Assembly (NCBI GenBank): GCA_963693365.1
Contig: CAVNZM010000006.1
Span: 10,791,355-10,855,354, forward strand
Length of the DNA: 64,000 nt
Source: Amoebidium appalachense
Taxonomy: Eukaryota > Protista > Ichthyosporea
Direction: 5' to 3'
Notes under the pieces: model-generated
Told to the model about the DNA's origin: nothing
The model's database searches: none
Seen by the model: the letters and a program-made list of their open reading frames with translations, nothing else
Shown here: one piece after another, positions 13,124 through 35,762 of the stretch
Position numbering within the stretch: position 1 is the stretch's first letter
Layout: each line of letters opens with the position of its first letter
Program-made: the position numbers and the translations under genes

Positions 13124-14608
13124 ACACACACACACACACATCCACCTCCTTTCCCAGGAACCGGGAATACACCCATCCCCCCACTCGAACGAATAGAAAG
13201 CCCAAAACATGGTGTTCCTTTGCCCCTTTCTCCCAATCCTGGACTTATACTTGTCCCCGTCTGATTTAATGGCGAGAGGCAAGTGCGCCTGATTTTGTAT
13301 ACTTCTTAGTGAGAAGCTGAAGTATGCATACGGAATGACTCTTAGGCCTCGGTGATGACGGCCGTGGCGTTTTAGAGCAAAGCTTATGAGCATATATCGG
13401 TTCAAGCGACAGCGGTGATCTCCATCCTGAGCTATATATGTGCGCATGTAATATAGCTTTGGTCTCCTAGGGATGTGGTGACTTTCTGTACACCATTCGG
13501 CCATCCCTGGACAGCACCAGGTGAGATCAACGCTCCGTACTGTAGCCTAATTCTCGTCTCTTCAGTTCACAGGTGACAGTTCCAAGGCCTCCTAAAATAG
13601 GAGTGCCTTGGACAGTTCCGAACCTTCGCTCTTTCGCGCGCAAAAGCAGATTGCGTAATCGGTGGATTCCTGGATTCACCAGATTCAAGTTTTTTTTTGT
13701 GTGGTCAGGTGCTCGAGCAGGGTCAGAGAGTCAGAGCCACATAACGCACAGTAAAGCGCCGGCAAGCCTTTCATAGATGCTCGAAAAAGGGAGGTTGATA
13801 CACTTTGGATTAGTATGTGCCCACTCCACCCACAAGCATACACCCCTTTATGTTGCATTTTCTTCTCGGTTCGCCTACAAGCTCTCCAACGTTGATCAAG
13901 TAAGGCTGCCGGTGTGACACGACGCTGTTTTTTGGGCTGGGGAAGACACAGTAGCCGCCTGCCATCTTGACCACTGAAGCGTGCTTGGATGAGTGTGGCA
14001 AACGCCCTAACTTACTGCCCTTTTGTCAAGGGAAGCTGCTTACAAGCTGTGCAAGTTCTCTTGGGGCTCGGGAAGTTCCCCTTCTTTGACAAAGAGCCAA
14101 ACTCAGCGTAGTTCTTGTTTGTGGCCTCCAACACTTACAAGGCAGGTTATTTTATTTCATCAACCACATGTGTATGTTGCTGAGATATGCTCTGAAGCGC
14201 GAAAAGACATGCACATTAACACACACGCACCTTCACACCGCAGACACCATGATCTGGTGTGCCACGGAATAACCCACCACACCCACACCCACACACCTAC
14301 ACAGAAAAACAGGCAGTATCACATGCACGACGCACGCACACAAATACGCACATGCGCATATGCATACTCACTTCACACCACATACACACACATCCACGCG
14401 TCACGCACAGCTGGACTAACGCATGCCGGGATCCCCCCTTTCCCCAAACACACTTACCCTTCGTGTGCTTGCACGCAACACTTCTGTAGCTTGGTCTTAG
14501 TGCCCTCCCTTACCTCCCACCTGAGGGTGGGCTCTGCTTATCATGCCTACTATTTATGTTTGCTTTGCAGTCTGTAACGTGTTGCCCGTTATGAATCTGT
14601 ACTTCTTA

Positions 14609-14645
<37 letters not shown>

Positions 14646-15170
14646 GGGCTCCTCCCCCGTCTCTGGACACCCCGCCCCATCTCTACTTGTGCAAAACACA
14701 AGGTCTGCATCCAACCAGATAAAGCGCAAGGATATGCGCGCCGTACACCCACCTCCCCCCCCCCCCCCCCCCCCCCCGCCCCATGTTCCCTCCTTCCCTC
14801 CCCTGGGTTCGGCTATTGCCCTGGCAATGGTTTCATCGGGTGGGCTCAGCTTACTTATATATAGCCATTTTTGTGTGTGCATGGACGTATCTACCTAGAT
14901 ATTTGACCACTTGGTTTGTCTATACTCTGAGTAACATGTACTGCTTTCTCCCCTCCCCACATTCAACTAAGCCAACCAGTAAAAGTCAAGCAAATGCACA
15001 CACCAAGAATCCGCCAACTCTCACTGTATATCTGGTCTATATTAACACAAAACTTGACATCCCTCTTCACGGACAATTCCTGTACACGAACTACTGCCAA
15101 AAACTGATATGTTGACGACGATTGCTCTGCACGTTCAAGCGCTAACACATGTACAGCCAGCCCCTTCCCC

Positions 15171-15204
<34 letters not shown>

Positions 15205-15340
15205 CCTTAGCTTGATCAAACACGTACCCACACCCCTCCACCCCTCCACCAGTATTGCCTTTTATGTCCACTTTTATCCCGGTTAGCTCTCTGACACGGT
15301 CTGTCTTCACCCCAGAGACCTCAATACTCCTGGCAGCACC

Positions 15341-15696
15341 ATGCTCTGGGTGCTGGTGTGGTTGCTGGGTGTGGGCCTAGCCTTGCCCCGTGTGCGTGGG
15401 GAGGATGTGGCCAAGTCCTACCGTATCCAGCCAAACAGTGTGTACCGCAGTAGTGTGGAGTACCAGGTGAGGGTTGGGGTGGGTGGGGGGGTTGGTGGGT
15501 GGAATGGGTGCTGGAGGATTCGTGCAGGTTGAAGTTTATGGTGGGGGGGGGGGGGGGATGGAAGGTGGTGTGATGTCCAAGGCTGGGCGGGATGGACGAG
15601 GATCAAATGGGGTGAAGGTTGAAACAGTCAGATGAGCGTGCACCTGTCGAGAGCAGCCGTTGTCACCTGTGAAATTTTTTTTTTTTTTCTTTGAGG

Positions 15697-15746
<50 letters not shown>

Positions 15747-17183
15747 AGGATTATGTCACAGAGTACGCAGTACACACTCACGACTGACAACAGATCGCCG
15801 ATGGTGCAAAGCATTCATGAGGGTTTTGGCATGATAAGAAGAGCCCCGATGATCCACCGCAGTGTGTCTGTGTGTCTGTGGGGGGCGGGGGGGGGAGGGA
15901 GGGGGGGGGGGGGGGGGGGGGGGGAGGCAGACAGGATGATGGACGGTTAGCGGGTGAGGGGGGCAGGGGGAGGGGGGGATGCACACGAGGGCCGGGGACG
16001 GACACTATGTGTATGGAATGGAAATGACACAAGCAATGGACAAGCAATGGACTCTGACGGTTTTGCCGCAGCAATTTGTGTACTTTGTGGCGCAGACCGA
16101 GGGCAACAGCACGGTGTTTGTGGTGTCCACAAACGGGGATGCCGATGTCTACGTGGCCGGTGGGGGGGCCACCCCGACCATCTACAACTATTTTGCCATG
16201 TCGGCTACATGCGGCACAGAGGTCATCCACATTCCTGAAGGTGTGTTGCATGCCCTTGGTGGTCTTTTCTATTCATGCTGTGCCTTGTATATTGTTATTT
16301 GTCCTTGGTGTCACAAGGCCCTCCACCCCCTCCCCCCCTCCCCCCCCCTCCTCTTCCCAAAAACCCACCCACCATTGCCTGTCAACCCACCCCACCCCGC
16401 TGTCAGAGTTGGGTTTCGTATCCGTGGTAAATGGTTCGGAATTCGGGTATTGTGGATGATTTAGGCTCCTCTTGATGATGAGCTTTGCCTATGGTGTATA
16501 TTCTTTGTGTGTGCCTCGAAACTCTGCATTCTGTTGCCCTATGTCAATGTGCACTTTCGTGCGCTAAAAAGTATCTTCGTCCTCCCCCCCCCCCCCCCCC
16601 ACAAGCCCCATGCCATGGCGCATTCTATATTAGGCATGGGCCGTAGGGGTGCTTGCACGGAAATCTTGCACGCATTCATATAAGCAAGGGGGTTGGTGGG
16701 CCGTATTCAGTGGATTCAGTGGTTACATCGTGTTGTATGCCGAAGTAATCGAATCTGTAAAGAATAGGTGCGACTGATTGTGCAGTTCCAGTCCTCCCTT
16801 TTACCCCACAAACCGAGACACGTGCCACCCAACTGCCACCCCACTCACACACACACAAGGCGCTCACATTACAGAACATAATGCAATAAAAAAATGTGCA
16901 TGCACGTGCGGGTGGGCATCCGCGCAGACACACGCTCATGATCACACGTTTCTGCACAAGCATGCACTCAAATGCGAATTTTCACCCACACTCACACACA
17001 TGCACACAAATGTTGATGCATGCGTACATGTAGATAGGACATATCAATTTGTGTGTGTGTGTGTGTGTCTGTACAGGTACCCTTGTACCACATTTGTCGA
17101 CAACAGCTATTATTAACTCCCTTGAGCACCACTCGGCATGCAATCACTTAGGTATATTGAATTGACTTCATCTTTCATGCATA

Positions 17184-17226
<43 letters not shown>

Positions 17227-17563
17227 TTTTTTTTTCCCCCCCACTATCTATTTTCAGCAACTCACTGCCATGGTATCACCCACAGAGCTTGAACAGCCCA
17301 TCGTGATCGGGATCTACGGATATGCCCCCCCCTACGAGCCCATAGTGGTGGATTTGGCCATCACAGACCACCGCTACAAGGGAGACACAAAGGGCACATT
17401 CCAAAGGTTCCACCAATCAGAAGACGTCGATGGGGCCGATAATGATATGCATGTGGGTTTGGATAGCTCGGGAGGTGATAATGGCGGCACCTGGTTGGCA
17501 ACACTAGGCGAATTTGCACTGAATGTTCTTTCTACTGCTGTGGATATATTGCTAAATATCTGA
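15341..17563 (+). CDS. C6orf120: UPF0669 / C6orf120-like secreted or membrane protein, 3 exons
   Basis: Exons 15341-15466, 16072-16240 and 17286-17563 give a signal peptide, then GDADVYV...SATCGTEVIHIPE|ELEQPIVIGIYG and a hydrophobic C-terminus ...AVDILLNI. Human C6orf120 has GDADLYV, SATCG, PVGIGVYG and LEILF. Confidence 0.8.
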
Positions 17564-17853
17564 ATATGCGAATGATATGCCTTCCAAAATATAAATGTTA
17601 ATTAGTTATGTACTAGGAGTTTCAAGTTTTACGTAGACGATGCTGCAACTTTCTTGCAGTGCCACCTGTAATGATTTGTAATGTGAGTATTGAGTTTCTG
17701 CGCTGGCCGCAGAATATTGAAGGGTACCGAATTGAAATCACAAACTAACATGCATAGGTCCACATGTACCGGGCCACCAGAGGATCGGATCACATGACAC
17801 AAACCGAAGGTTGCTGCAATGGAGTATAACCCTTCCCCCGGCCCTTTCCTTTA

Positions 17854-17903
<50 letters not shown>

Positions 17904-18024
17904 GAAAAAAAAAAAAGAAAAAAAAGAAAAAAAAAAGAAAAAAAAAAAAGACAGCGTAAACCTACTCTACTTCACAGACATTCAATCTCTCACTCTCCAG
18001 ACTCTCTTCTCCCCCCCCCACCCC

Positions 18025-18147
<123 letters not shown>

Positions 18148-19277
18148 CTCCCCACCCCCTCCCCCTCTGCCCCTCCCTCGCTCCCTCTCTCTCTCCCTCC
18201 CTTCCCTCCCTTCCTCCCCTCCCTATGGCATCCACCCTCCCTCTCGAGCCGTTTCTCCTTCACACATGTACACACACACACACACGAACTCGCACACACA
18301 CGCACACGCACGCACACGCACACACGCGGCGCACACGCACACACACGCGCGCGCACACACACACGCACACACACACACACACACCCCCACAGACACACAC
18401 ACACATCACATACACACACACACACACACATTCACACTTTCACAAACACACACACACTACATCACCACTGCGTGTGCACACTGATCAGCGGCCAAACTAT
18501 TCCACCTCTCCCTTCTCGGCCAGGCTGAGTCCGACCCAGTCCGGAGGTCTGGTTATTGCCGCAGTGCGTCGCAGATATGCTACATAGATCCGGATCCACC
18601 AACAGTCAAGAATGATCATGTGTGCATTACATCAAACCATTAATGACAATATGCTATATTGAGGTTTCAAAAGAATTGCTGCCTACATGCGCCATGTAAA
18701 TCCGCGCATGTCCACCACCTCCAGTCCCCCTGAAGATAAAGTACTTTGTGGCCCGGCCACTCATCATGGGACTGACCAAGCTGCACATGCAGAAACAGAA
18801 ATGCATGGCATGAGTATCTGTAGACCTACGCAGTGTGTACTGATCGATGTGAAATGACCGTAAAATACAAGCTCTTTATAAGTAATGATTAACGATTATT
18901 ATATCACGGAGGAAGTTACACCCCGCATAACAACCCGGTGTGGATCTGACGAATGGGAAAGCAATACTATTCCAGGTCATCGATGTGCCCTGCTCATCAA
19001 CTAACTGCTGGGCACCCATTGCGATGTGCCAGTAACAACACTCCACACTGACATACTGAGAATGTCAACATTACGTTTGGGCATAGTATTCAGACTTTCC
19101 AATAGCAACGGCTGCCTAGTTTCGCGGTCTAGCCCCGCTAGCCGCTAACTTGGCTTAAGTTGCAGGACACAGGCAATTGCAGGACACAGGCAACACAACC
19201 ACAGTGGCCGCAAGCACAGTTCAGAAGCGACGTTGACCCACACAGAACGTGATAGATTGCGACGTCAGCAGTTATTT

Positions 19278-19425
19278 CTGATTGGTCGTTGAAGAATGCA
19301 CAATGTTGAGCATACTGCATGCTGATTGGCCGTAACCAAGTCAGTTGCACATGAACCAATCGTATGTGTTTATTGTCGATCTGAATTCAGCAATTCCCAG
19401 GCCGATTTTAGTCTAAACCAATCAA
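19278..19425. promoter_or_regulatory. Cluster of CCAAT/ATTGG boxes upstream of the oxysterol-binding protein gene
   Basis: ctgattggtc, ctgattggcc and two aaccaatc copies within 150 bp. Confidence 0.3.
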
Positions 19426-19849
19426 ATCGTGGAAGAGCACTTCCGAAGTTCCGAATTTCCGGGATGCCAAAACAAGCACACTTGCACAGTCATCTTCACA
19501 AGACGTTAGTCTGCATGTTTTGTGCATTACAAAATGGTGAACACCTGCAATACATAATTGTCTGAACACCTGCATAACCATAATTGTTTAAACATGATCC
19601 TCAGTGTGCCAAACTGTTCATATAATGCCACATCAGTGCAAATTTGTTATTGTTGATTCGTAGCTGTCGCATAACTCTCGCAAGGGTCTCTTGCCTGAGA
19701 TCTGAAGCAGTGGCTGGAAAGAGCTACCAACACCACATGGTTGAAAATTACAAGCCAAATAGCTATCTTGACAGCCGGAGTTGCCGCAGGGAAACATATT
19801 ATATTCAATAGTGATTCTGTTCTATACTCTTATTTGCTTGGGAAAACAA

Positions 19850-20241
19850 ATGCTGGGCAAGATGACGAAAACGCCAGAAGACTCCTCATCTTCGGACTCT
19901 GTTCAGGAGTCTGACTCGACCACGTCAGTTGAGAGCGGCAGTGCCAAGAAGTCTTTCTTTTCAAAGTCGGCCCCACCTGAGGTGCTGAGCGGAAGGTAGG
20001 CTCGCAATCTTGCCGGAGCAAAAGCTTGTGCAGATGGAGATCTTTGAAAAGGGATGCAGTGGTAGCCGAGAAACGAAAGAGCAAAGCTAGGCAGCGGTTC
20101 TGGGGACCTTGGGAGTTAACGTGTTAGTGACTTTGTTTATTGACCACTAACGTCTACTTGCGGTTGCCTGCCTTTTTAATAACCTTTTCCAGGCGTGTGT
20201 GCGTTTCTTGTGCCTGCCTCCGTAAGTGTTGCGTGTTTGTG

Positions 20242-20329
<88 letters not shown>

Positions 20330-21321
20330 TGCAATGTTTCGTGTGAGTGCTTGTGGATCCGTGTTGTTGTTAGTAGGGTGTGCACGCGCGTGTTTGTATA
20401 TGTCGCTGTGGGTACATGGGTTTTTCTAGGTGGTTGTCTTAGAGAAACACGCCACTCGTATAACTAGCGCCACTGATCTGTAATAATTCATCAAATCTGG
20501 ACCATGTTTGTTTTGCCTCTGTAGTTTCTGAGAATCCGTGACCTCTTGTGGGTACAAGCTTCTTGGATCGAGATCCATACCAACAGTGCTTTGTTTTAGA
20601 TCAGTAGCATCTACAGATCTAGGTAACCTGCATCTATCTGGCAGCTTTCTGTAGTCACTAGCTGTTTTTTTCCCCTTCTGATGTCAAGGGCACTATCAGG
20701 TCGTTTCTTGAGGAGCAGTGCCACTGGCTGGACTACCCCGACTACCTTGTGGCAGCGCACGACCCCAACCCCATGAAGCGCCTGCTGCTGGTCGTGCAGT
20801 GGTACCTGTCGGCCCTCAGCGGCCTCTACAAGGTGTGCACTGCTTTGGTGTGGGTTATCTTCTGCAGGGTGGTTTGGGCTGTGCACATAGTTTGCTCGAG
20901 ACATAGGGAAGGGTATTAGCGGGCAATTTGCTGTATGTGTGTGCTGGGTGGGGGAGAAAACGGGTGACGGGAGGGGGAAGGAGGGGGTTCTGGTGTCACC
21001 TGGGAAGCTGATAGGGAGGGCTGGGAGGGGAGGGAGGGGGAGGCAGAATTGCATACATAGAAGATGCTTCTGTGAGACAAAACACACATTGTGACAAAAA
21101 GGTTGCAGAGTGGTGTTTAATTGGGCCAAGGCATGCCGTGGAAGCTATGTGCTTCAGCCTTGGAAATTTGACTAATTCCCTATTCTGTGCGGTGTGGGCT
21201 GGGAGGGTTGGTAATTTGAGTGTGCAAACGGCTGTGTTTGCAAAGTGGGATGGAGTGAGATCTTGCGAACACGAGAGGTGTAGGTTTGGTAGCCTTGGGT
21301 GACGGAGGAGTACCAAGAGTT

Positions 21322-21363
<42 letters not shown>

Positions 21364-22213
21364 TAAAGGGGGGAGGGGGGAGGGGGGGCTGGTTGGAAGA
21401 GAAAAAGATCCAAGGCTAATCATTATCGGGGGGTGGACGTTGTCTTAGTTAATGTGCCACGTGGGGGGGGGGGGGGGGGGGGGGACAGGGCTTTTGACAT
21501 GTTGGGTGTGTGCAGATTAACGGTGGGAAGACGTGCAAACCGTACAACCCCGTGCTGGGGGAGACGCTGCACGTGAAGATGCACGACCCGGCAAGCACGT
21601 GGCAGCACATCGAGATGCTGGCCGAGCAGGTCTCCCACCACCCGCCCCGGACGGCCTTCCACTTCGAGAACACACACGTGGGCTTCTCCTTCAGCGGCAC
21701 TATTGGCGACAGACCAAAGTTCAGAGGCACGCACATGAAGGTACGTGGGGTGGGGGCGTGGGTGGTGGCGGCGGGAGTCGGAAGAGGTGGATGGTGTCGG
21801 AAGAGAGGGAGAAGGGGGCCGGGGGGGGGGGGGGGGGGGGAGGGGGGGGGGAGGGAGGTTGTCCATTGTCCTTGTGTATGCTCAAATATGGTTGTGTAGC
21901 TGCACCTGCGCATACATGCGTGTGTGTTCCTTTCTAATGTGTATAGCGCTCGTGCTCTTTTTCGTTCGTCGCTCCTGTGTGCGTCTGTGGGTGTGTATGG
22001 ATGAGTGGATGTGTTTTTGTATGGGTGTGTTGCATGCACATTTCTGTGTTTTTTGTTGAATGAAAACTATGCAAGAGCGACAAGCTGCTGGCTTTGGATA
22101 TGTAGAGAGTGAATTTTTTTGACATGTGTTTTGGGTATGCACAGGTGTTTATGTAGTGGGTGGGACGAGGCAAGTGAAGGGAAGTTTTTTTTTTTTTTTT
22201 TTTTTTTTTGGAA

Positions 22214-22244
<31 letters not shown>

Positions 22245-22967
22245 TGTTGCAGTAGGCCGCAGTAGTAACACAGTCATGGTACACAGGTGGAGGCCGCAGG
22301 GTCTGGGGTGCTGCACCTTGGAGGGGAGATAGACGAGGACTATCTCGTCTGCTATCCAACCCTCGAGATCCGTGGAGTTATCTCTGGCCGCACAACAACC
22401 GCCCTGACAGGCACCGTGCTGATCGAGTGCCCCAAGACAAACCTCGGAGCAAAACTTAAATTCGAAGACAACTGCAGTTTGGAGGGGGCTGTAGGGCCTA
22501 TAGTGCGCAAGGGAGGGGAAGGTAAAATAGAGAAGGTGTCTGTGGTGTTGAGTGGCACACACAACAAAGACGTCTATGCGGCACAGGGCGCAAACAGGGG
22601 CTTACTGTGGCAGGCAAGGCCTGCGGGTAAAGAAAGTAGAAAGTACTTCAAGCCCATGCGCATGCTCGGGGTTAATGAGTCTTGGAGGGTGTGGGAGAAG
22701 GTCACATACAGTCTGGCGGTGGGTGACTTTGAGAGTGCGGGCACGTATAAGAGTCAGGTGGAGGAGAAGCAGAGGAGAATGTCTGCAATGAGGAAGGAGC
22801 AGAACACAGCACACACCCCTGTGTTGTTCGCTGGTAGCGAGTATGGGGTGAAGGATGCGGCGTGGGTGGGTGAGGAGTGTAGGGAGGCTAAGGTGTGGCC
22901 TGAAAGCACACTCGAGGTGTCCCTTCCGGTTATAACGCGTGTACCCCCAAAACCGGACATGATGTGA
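19850..22967 (+). CDS. Oxysterol-binding protein family member (short ORD-only, Osh/ORP-like); 5' exon structure unresolved
   Basis: Exons at about 20700-20832 (RSFLEE...MKRLLLVVQWYLS), 21516-21740 (KPYNPVLGET and the signature EQVSHHPP) and 22287-22967 (ESWRVWEKVT, KSQVEEKQR, stop). The probable first exon starts at 19850 (Ser-rich). Confidence 0.85.
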
Positions 22968-23210
22968 AGCATGTATGTTGTTTGTGGGCCCATTTGGGTG
23001 CTGTTGATTTGTCAGGTTTTAGGGTTTGAATGCTCTTTGAAAGACGTTTTTTTGTATATATATGGGCCCCAGGGATGAATGGATGCGATTGGTTCGTTTT
23101 AGATTTAGTTATGAATGCCGCCCATTGGAAGACATGTTTGTATGGGTTTAGGGTGATCTGGTTGCTGATTGGTTTGTTTGGTTGTATATGCCCGTTGGTA
23201 GATTCGTGTT

Positions 23211-23287
23211 TGTTGAAGGCCGTAACTGTAGGTGTTTGCTGAAGGCCTTAACTGTAATTGTTGTTTGATGAAGGCCTTAACTGTATG
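23211..23287. repeat. Three ~27-bp tandem copies of tgaaggcc(t/g)taactgta in the presumed OSBP 3' UTR
   Basis: Direct reading of the sequence. Confidence 0.7.
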
Positions 23288-24419
23288 ATGCCTAAATCAC
23301 CCTAATGCAATATTGCAAGTGAGACACCAAATATATGTTCTTGATTTGATATCCGCATATGCACATAAAAAGGGAGCATATGTACTGCTACAAACATTGG
23401 AAGTGTGCTGACTGGCCATTGGGCTGTGTCTGACCATGCTGCTGCTTTGCGCCCATGACAACAAGATACTGTGTGCATGCATGCACGTGATAACATACAC
23501 TGTGTGCAAGTGCGCACATCGCAAATCTTAAAAAGCTGTGGACGACATGATGTTGCAGCAATACTGTATGCATACGTGCACCTGACAAGATACCGGTTGC
23601 ATGTCTGCACGTCACAAAATACTGTGCGCATGCGAATGCAAGACGTCAAAGATCAGTCTGCATTCATGTAACCATGCCCAATTTATCGACAAACGAGACA
23701 TGATCCGTCCCCCTAGCTATAGCAGACTTCTCACAATGTGCGCATATGTACATGCACAAGTATACGGTCCCCCCCCCCTCCCCCCTCCCCCAGCTTGCCC
23801 CGGTTGTATACTTTAAGTACGTACATAATTCAATTTGAATCCCCCCCCCCTCCCCCCTCCCCCCCCCTCCCCCCCCCGGGGCCCCTCCCTCCCTCCCTCC
23901 CTCTCGCGCCTCTTGCACACACACCACACACACAAACACACATACACACACAGACACAGACAAATGCATACACGCTCAGCAGTGCTAGCTACGAGCTTAA
24001 TCAATGCATGGGTGTGTGGGTGCGCGCGTGCAACCAAGCACCTCCAACAGCAGAAGAAAGATGGTGAAGAGGGGGGACTCTAATCGTAAAGGTAGGATTT
24101 GGTTTTATTGGGTTGAAACGTGGTAATGTGCCTGTGTGCGAGCATGCGTGAGTGTGTGCGTGTTGATGTGAGTGTGAGTGTGCATTTTTGAGTGTGTGTG
24201 CGAGTGTGCATGAGTGTGCGCATGTGTGAGCTTGCATGTGTGTGTGGGTGTGTGTGTGCGTATGCCTGTGTGTGTGTGTGTGTGGCGGCGGCGGCGGTCG
24301 TGGGAGTGGGGTGGGGTGGTGGTGGTGGGGTGGTGTGTGTGTGTGTGTGCGCGCGTGGTTGCGTGTGTGTGTGTGTGTGCGTGTGTGTGCGTGGTTGCGC
24401 GCGCGCGCGCGCGTGTGTG

Positions 24420-24454
<35 letters not shown>

Positions 24455-24746
24455 CATAGCCAGATGGTGTGTTGGGGGAGGGGGGGGGGGGGGGGAGGGG
24501 GGGGGGAGGGGGGTCATTATTTCCTAGACCAATTTGATGATAAGATGAAGTTTGACAGGACAGCCATTTTTTTGCCTGTGCACGTACAACAGCCTCTTCC
24601 ACGCAGGCTGGCACATGTACAGTGCCCTGGATTGCTACGTGGCCACCAGGGCCACTGCTAACGACCTAAAACTAATAACTAGGAGAGGTGTCATGCAAAT
24701 TGTGCGCAGGCATATGAGTATGTGTCCATGGACGGTCAAGGACGTC

Positions 24747-24816
<70 letters not shown>

Positions 24817-25246
24817 TGTGTTTGGGCGAGTGTACGCGCAGATGTGTACGTGTAGATACATATGTGCTTGTGAATGTGTTAACATGTTGCACGTGTGTCT
24901 GTGTGTGAATGCAGGGCTTGCCTTCATACCGATTTGTGACCTAACACCATGTACCTGTTCAAGAGGCGTACCATTCTCCATATATCAGACACATTCACGC
25001 ATACACCAACCAAGGCCCCTTCAACACCCACTTTCTACTTTTTGTCCGGCACACACACCATGTGAGTCAGACTTTCATTCGCTACCCCTTGGCCGCAAAA
25101 ATCCCATCATTCGTACACTAATTTCAACCAATCACCACCTACACAATTTTGTTTTCAACCAATCACCACTATCACGTCTAACTTGAACCAATTACCGCCT
25201 ACACTATTAACCAATCACCACCCATACATGATCCAACCAATCAGCA

Positions 25247-33687
<8,441 letters not shown>

Positions 33688-34008
33688 AGTGGAGAGGGAT
33701 GAGAAGAAATAAGGCTTACAGCATGCTAAGAAAACTTACAGAGAAGTGTTCTGTACTCCGGACTCCTCGCCAAGGCCTCCCACTCATTTTACTAAAGGGA
33801 GGCCTTGCTCCCAAGGCCTCCTACTCTTGACGGGGCTGGAAACGGAGGAGTGCAGATCGGAATGCAAAAATGGAACTGGCTGGGTTGGATTCATCATTCG
33901 ATCCAAGTATTGTATCCAAGTTGCCGACAGCTAGTTGCCGACTCAGCGCTGTGAAAGAAACAACGTTATACAAGTATACAAGTCAGAACGGTTATATTTT
34001 CATAATAT

Positions 34009-34069
<61 letters not shown>

Positions 34070-34151
34070 TTAGCCGTGGAGCTGGTGTGGTTACATACAT
34101 GTGCCATCCGGGGGGTTTAGAAAAGATGGTGAACGGTTGTTGCCCAGGGTT

Positions 34152-34200
<49 letters not shown>

Positions 34201-35762
34201 GGGGGGGGGGGGGGGGGGGAGGGGGCACTGGCGCACACAGTCTCACGTGTATATATACACATACAAACACGTATGTTCACGCTCTCACTCTGGAACTCAA
34301 AAAAGAGTCAGGGGAGAGACAACACAGCCCGTGGTATGCGCACTGTAAATTACATTAACGCTCCGGCACCAAGTGACATCACCGACCACACGGTACTTTG
34401 CACGCTCGCAACCAAAACACTGGGGCACACAATTCACACGCCCACTGTAACTCGTAGCACACGCGTGCACGTGCACGCACACTGCCTGACACACACGCAT
34501 GCGCGCGCACACACAAGAACACACACGCGCGCGCACAAAGAGCACCCTGGAGCAGCCTAAAACACAAGAACTTCTTCCGCACGACTATTCACGACTATGT
34601 TGAAGAGAAGAAGCTGGCAGATGGGGAAAAGAGATGAAGAGGTGCGCACCTACAAGCACTTATATACAACACCGGCGACACGCAACCATCACCGTCGGCT
34701 AGGCTAATACAGCTTATACACCATACGCGGGAGGGTGACAAGTACGCACCCAGTGCCTGCCGCCCACACACCCACAGCAACCACACACATACACGCTCAC
34801 AAAGGCAAAGAGACACACGCACATACACACACACTGGGTATGCGGAAGCTTCCTTAGAGAGAGAAATAAACGTTGTTCGGCACAGGTACTCACAGAAGGA
34901 CTTGGTGGGGGAGGGAGGGAGGGAAATGAGGGAGAGGCGAATATATTTAGAGTATTGAATACAGGGCGGGACAACTCACGACCATTGGTGACCGGGAGAT
35001 TGGCGACCAACACAGTTAGTTATGGAATTTGAGGACAAAAGGGGGATGTAGAGGGGGGGGGGGGGTTTTCGAGGAGGCGGTGGATGGGGGGTAAGGGGAG
35101 GGGGTATGGCGGCGGGGGGAGGGGGGGGGGGGGGGGGGGGGGGCGGGGGAAGCCTTGGGGCCGGGGGGCAGCGGGTTTGTTTTGCTTCCAACTATTCCCC
35201 CCTCCCCCCCGCCCCCGCCCTCGCTGCACGTTGAAAAACCCCTTTTTTGGTGTATATATAATCCGACATCAACTTTGCACATGTCTGCTCAGAAGCTCCT
35301 TCGGATCTTTTTGTACACGGGCACAGGGGCATTTCCTGCACGAGGCTCACAGCTGCAGGCATGGTTGGATCGGTAGCCGCAGACACTACAATTATGAGGC
35401 ATCTATGTGACCCATTTTCAAAGCTTATAGTGTGGCTGAACAGCGTTAGAGAATCAACGTTGTTACACCAGTTTGTCGTAAGCCTTGTAACAAGGGCCTG
35501 CCAGTAACACTTGACCAAAGACTTGCTTACACAAACAAGCAAGCGGAGGAAACGGAAACAGCCGCTTAGCTACGAACTACGCGATTGGCCAAGTTGCCCG
35601 CCAAAACCAGCCTGTTACTATTTTCGGAACAGGCCTCTCATTTTTGATGCTATTTTCGGAACAGGCTGGAATCGGCGATCATTTCGGGTCAGGGTGGAGT
35701 AAGCCTGACCCAGAATTCAGCTTCAGATCGTGACGCATACATTTCCAGGCCCGTCAGCGTAG

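Noticed and set aside
13480-13515. tRNA-Leu-like start on the minus strand (gtccagggatggccgaatggt)
   Set aside because: No T-arm (GTTCRA) or cloverleaf downstream.
14515-16585. Idea that the dispersed repeat is always sense to its host gene (intronic snoRNA-like)
   Set aside because: The two C6orf120 introns hold copies in opposite orientations, and other copies are intergenic.
33935-34150. Possible exons resembling SPRING1/C12orf49 (YMCHP...MVNGCCP)
   Set aside because: Only a few residues match, and the downstream Cys-rich motifs were not found.
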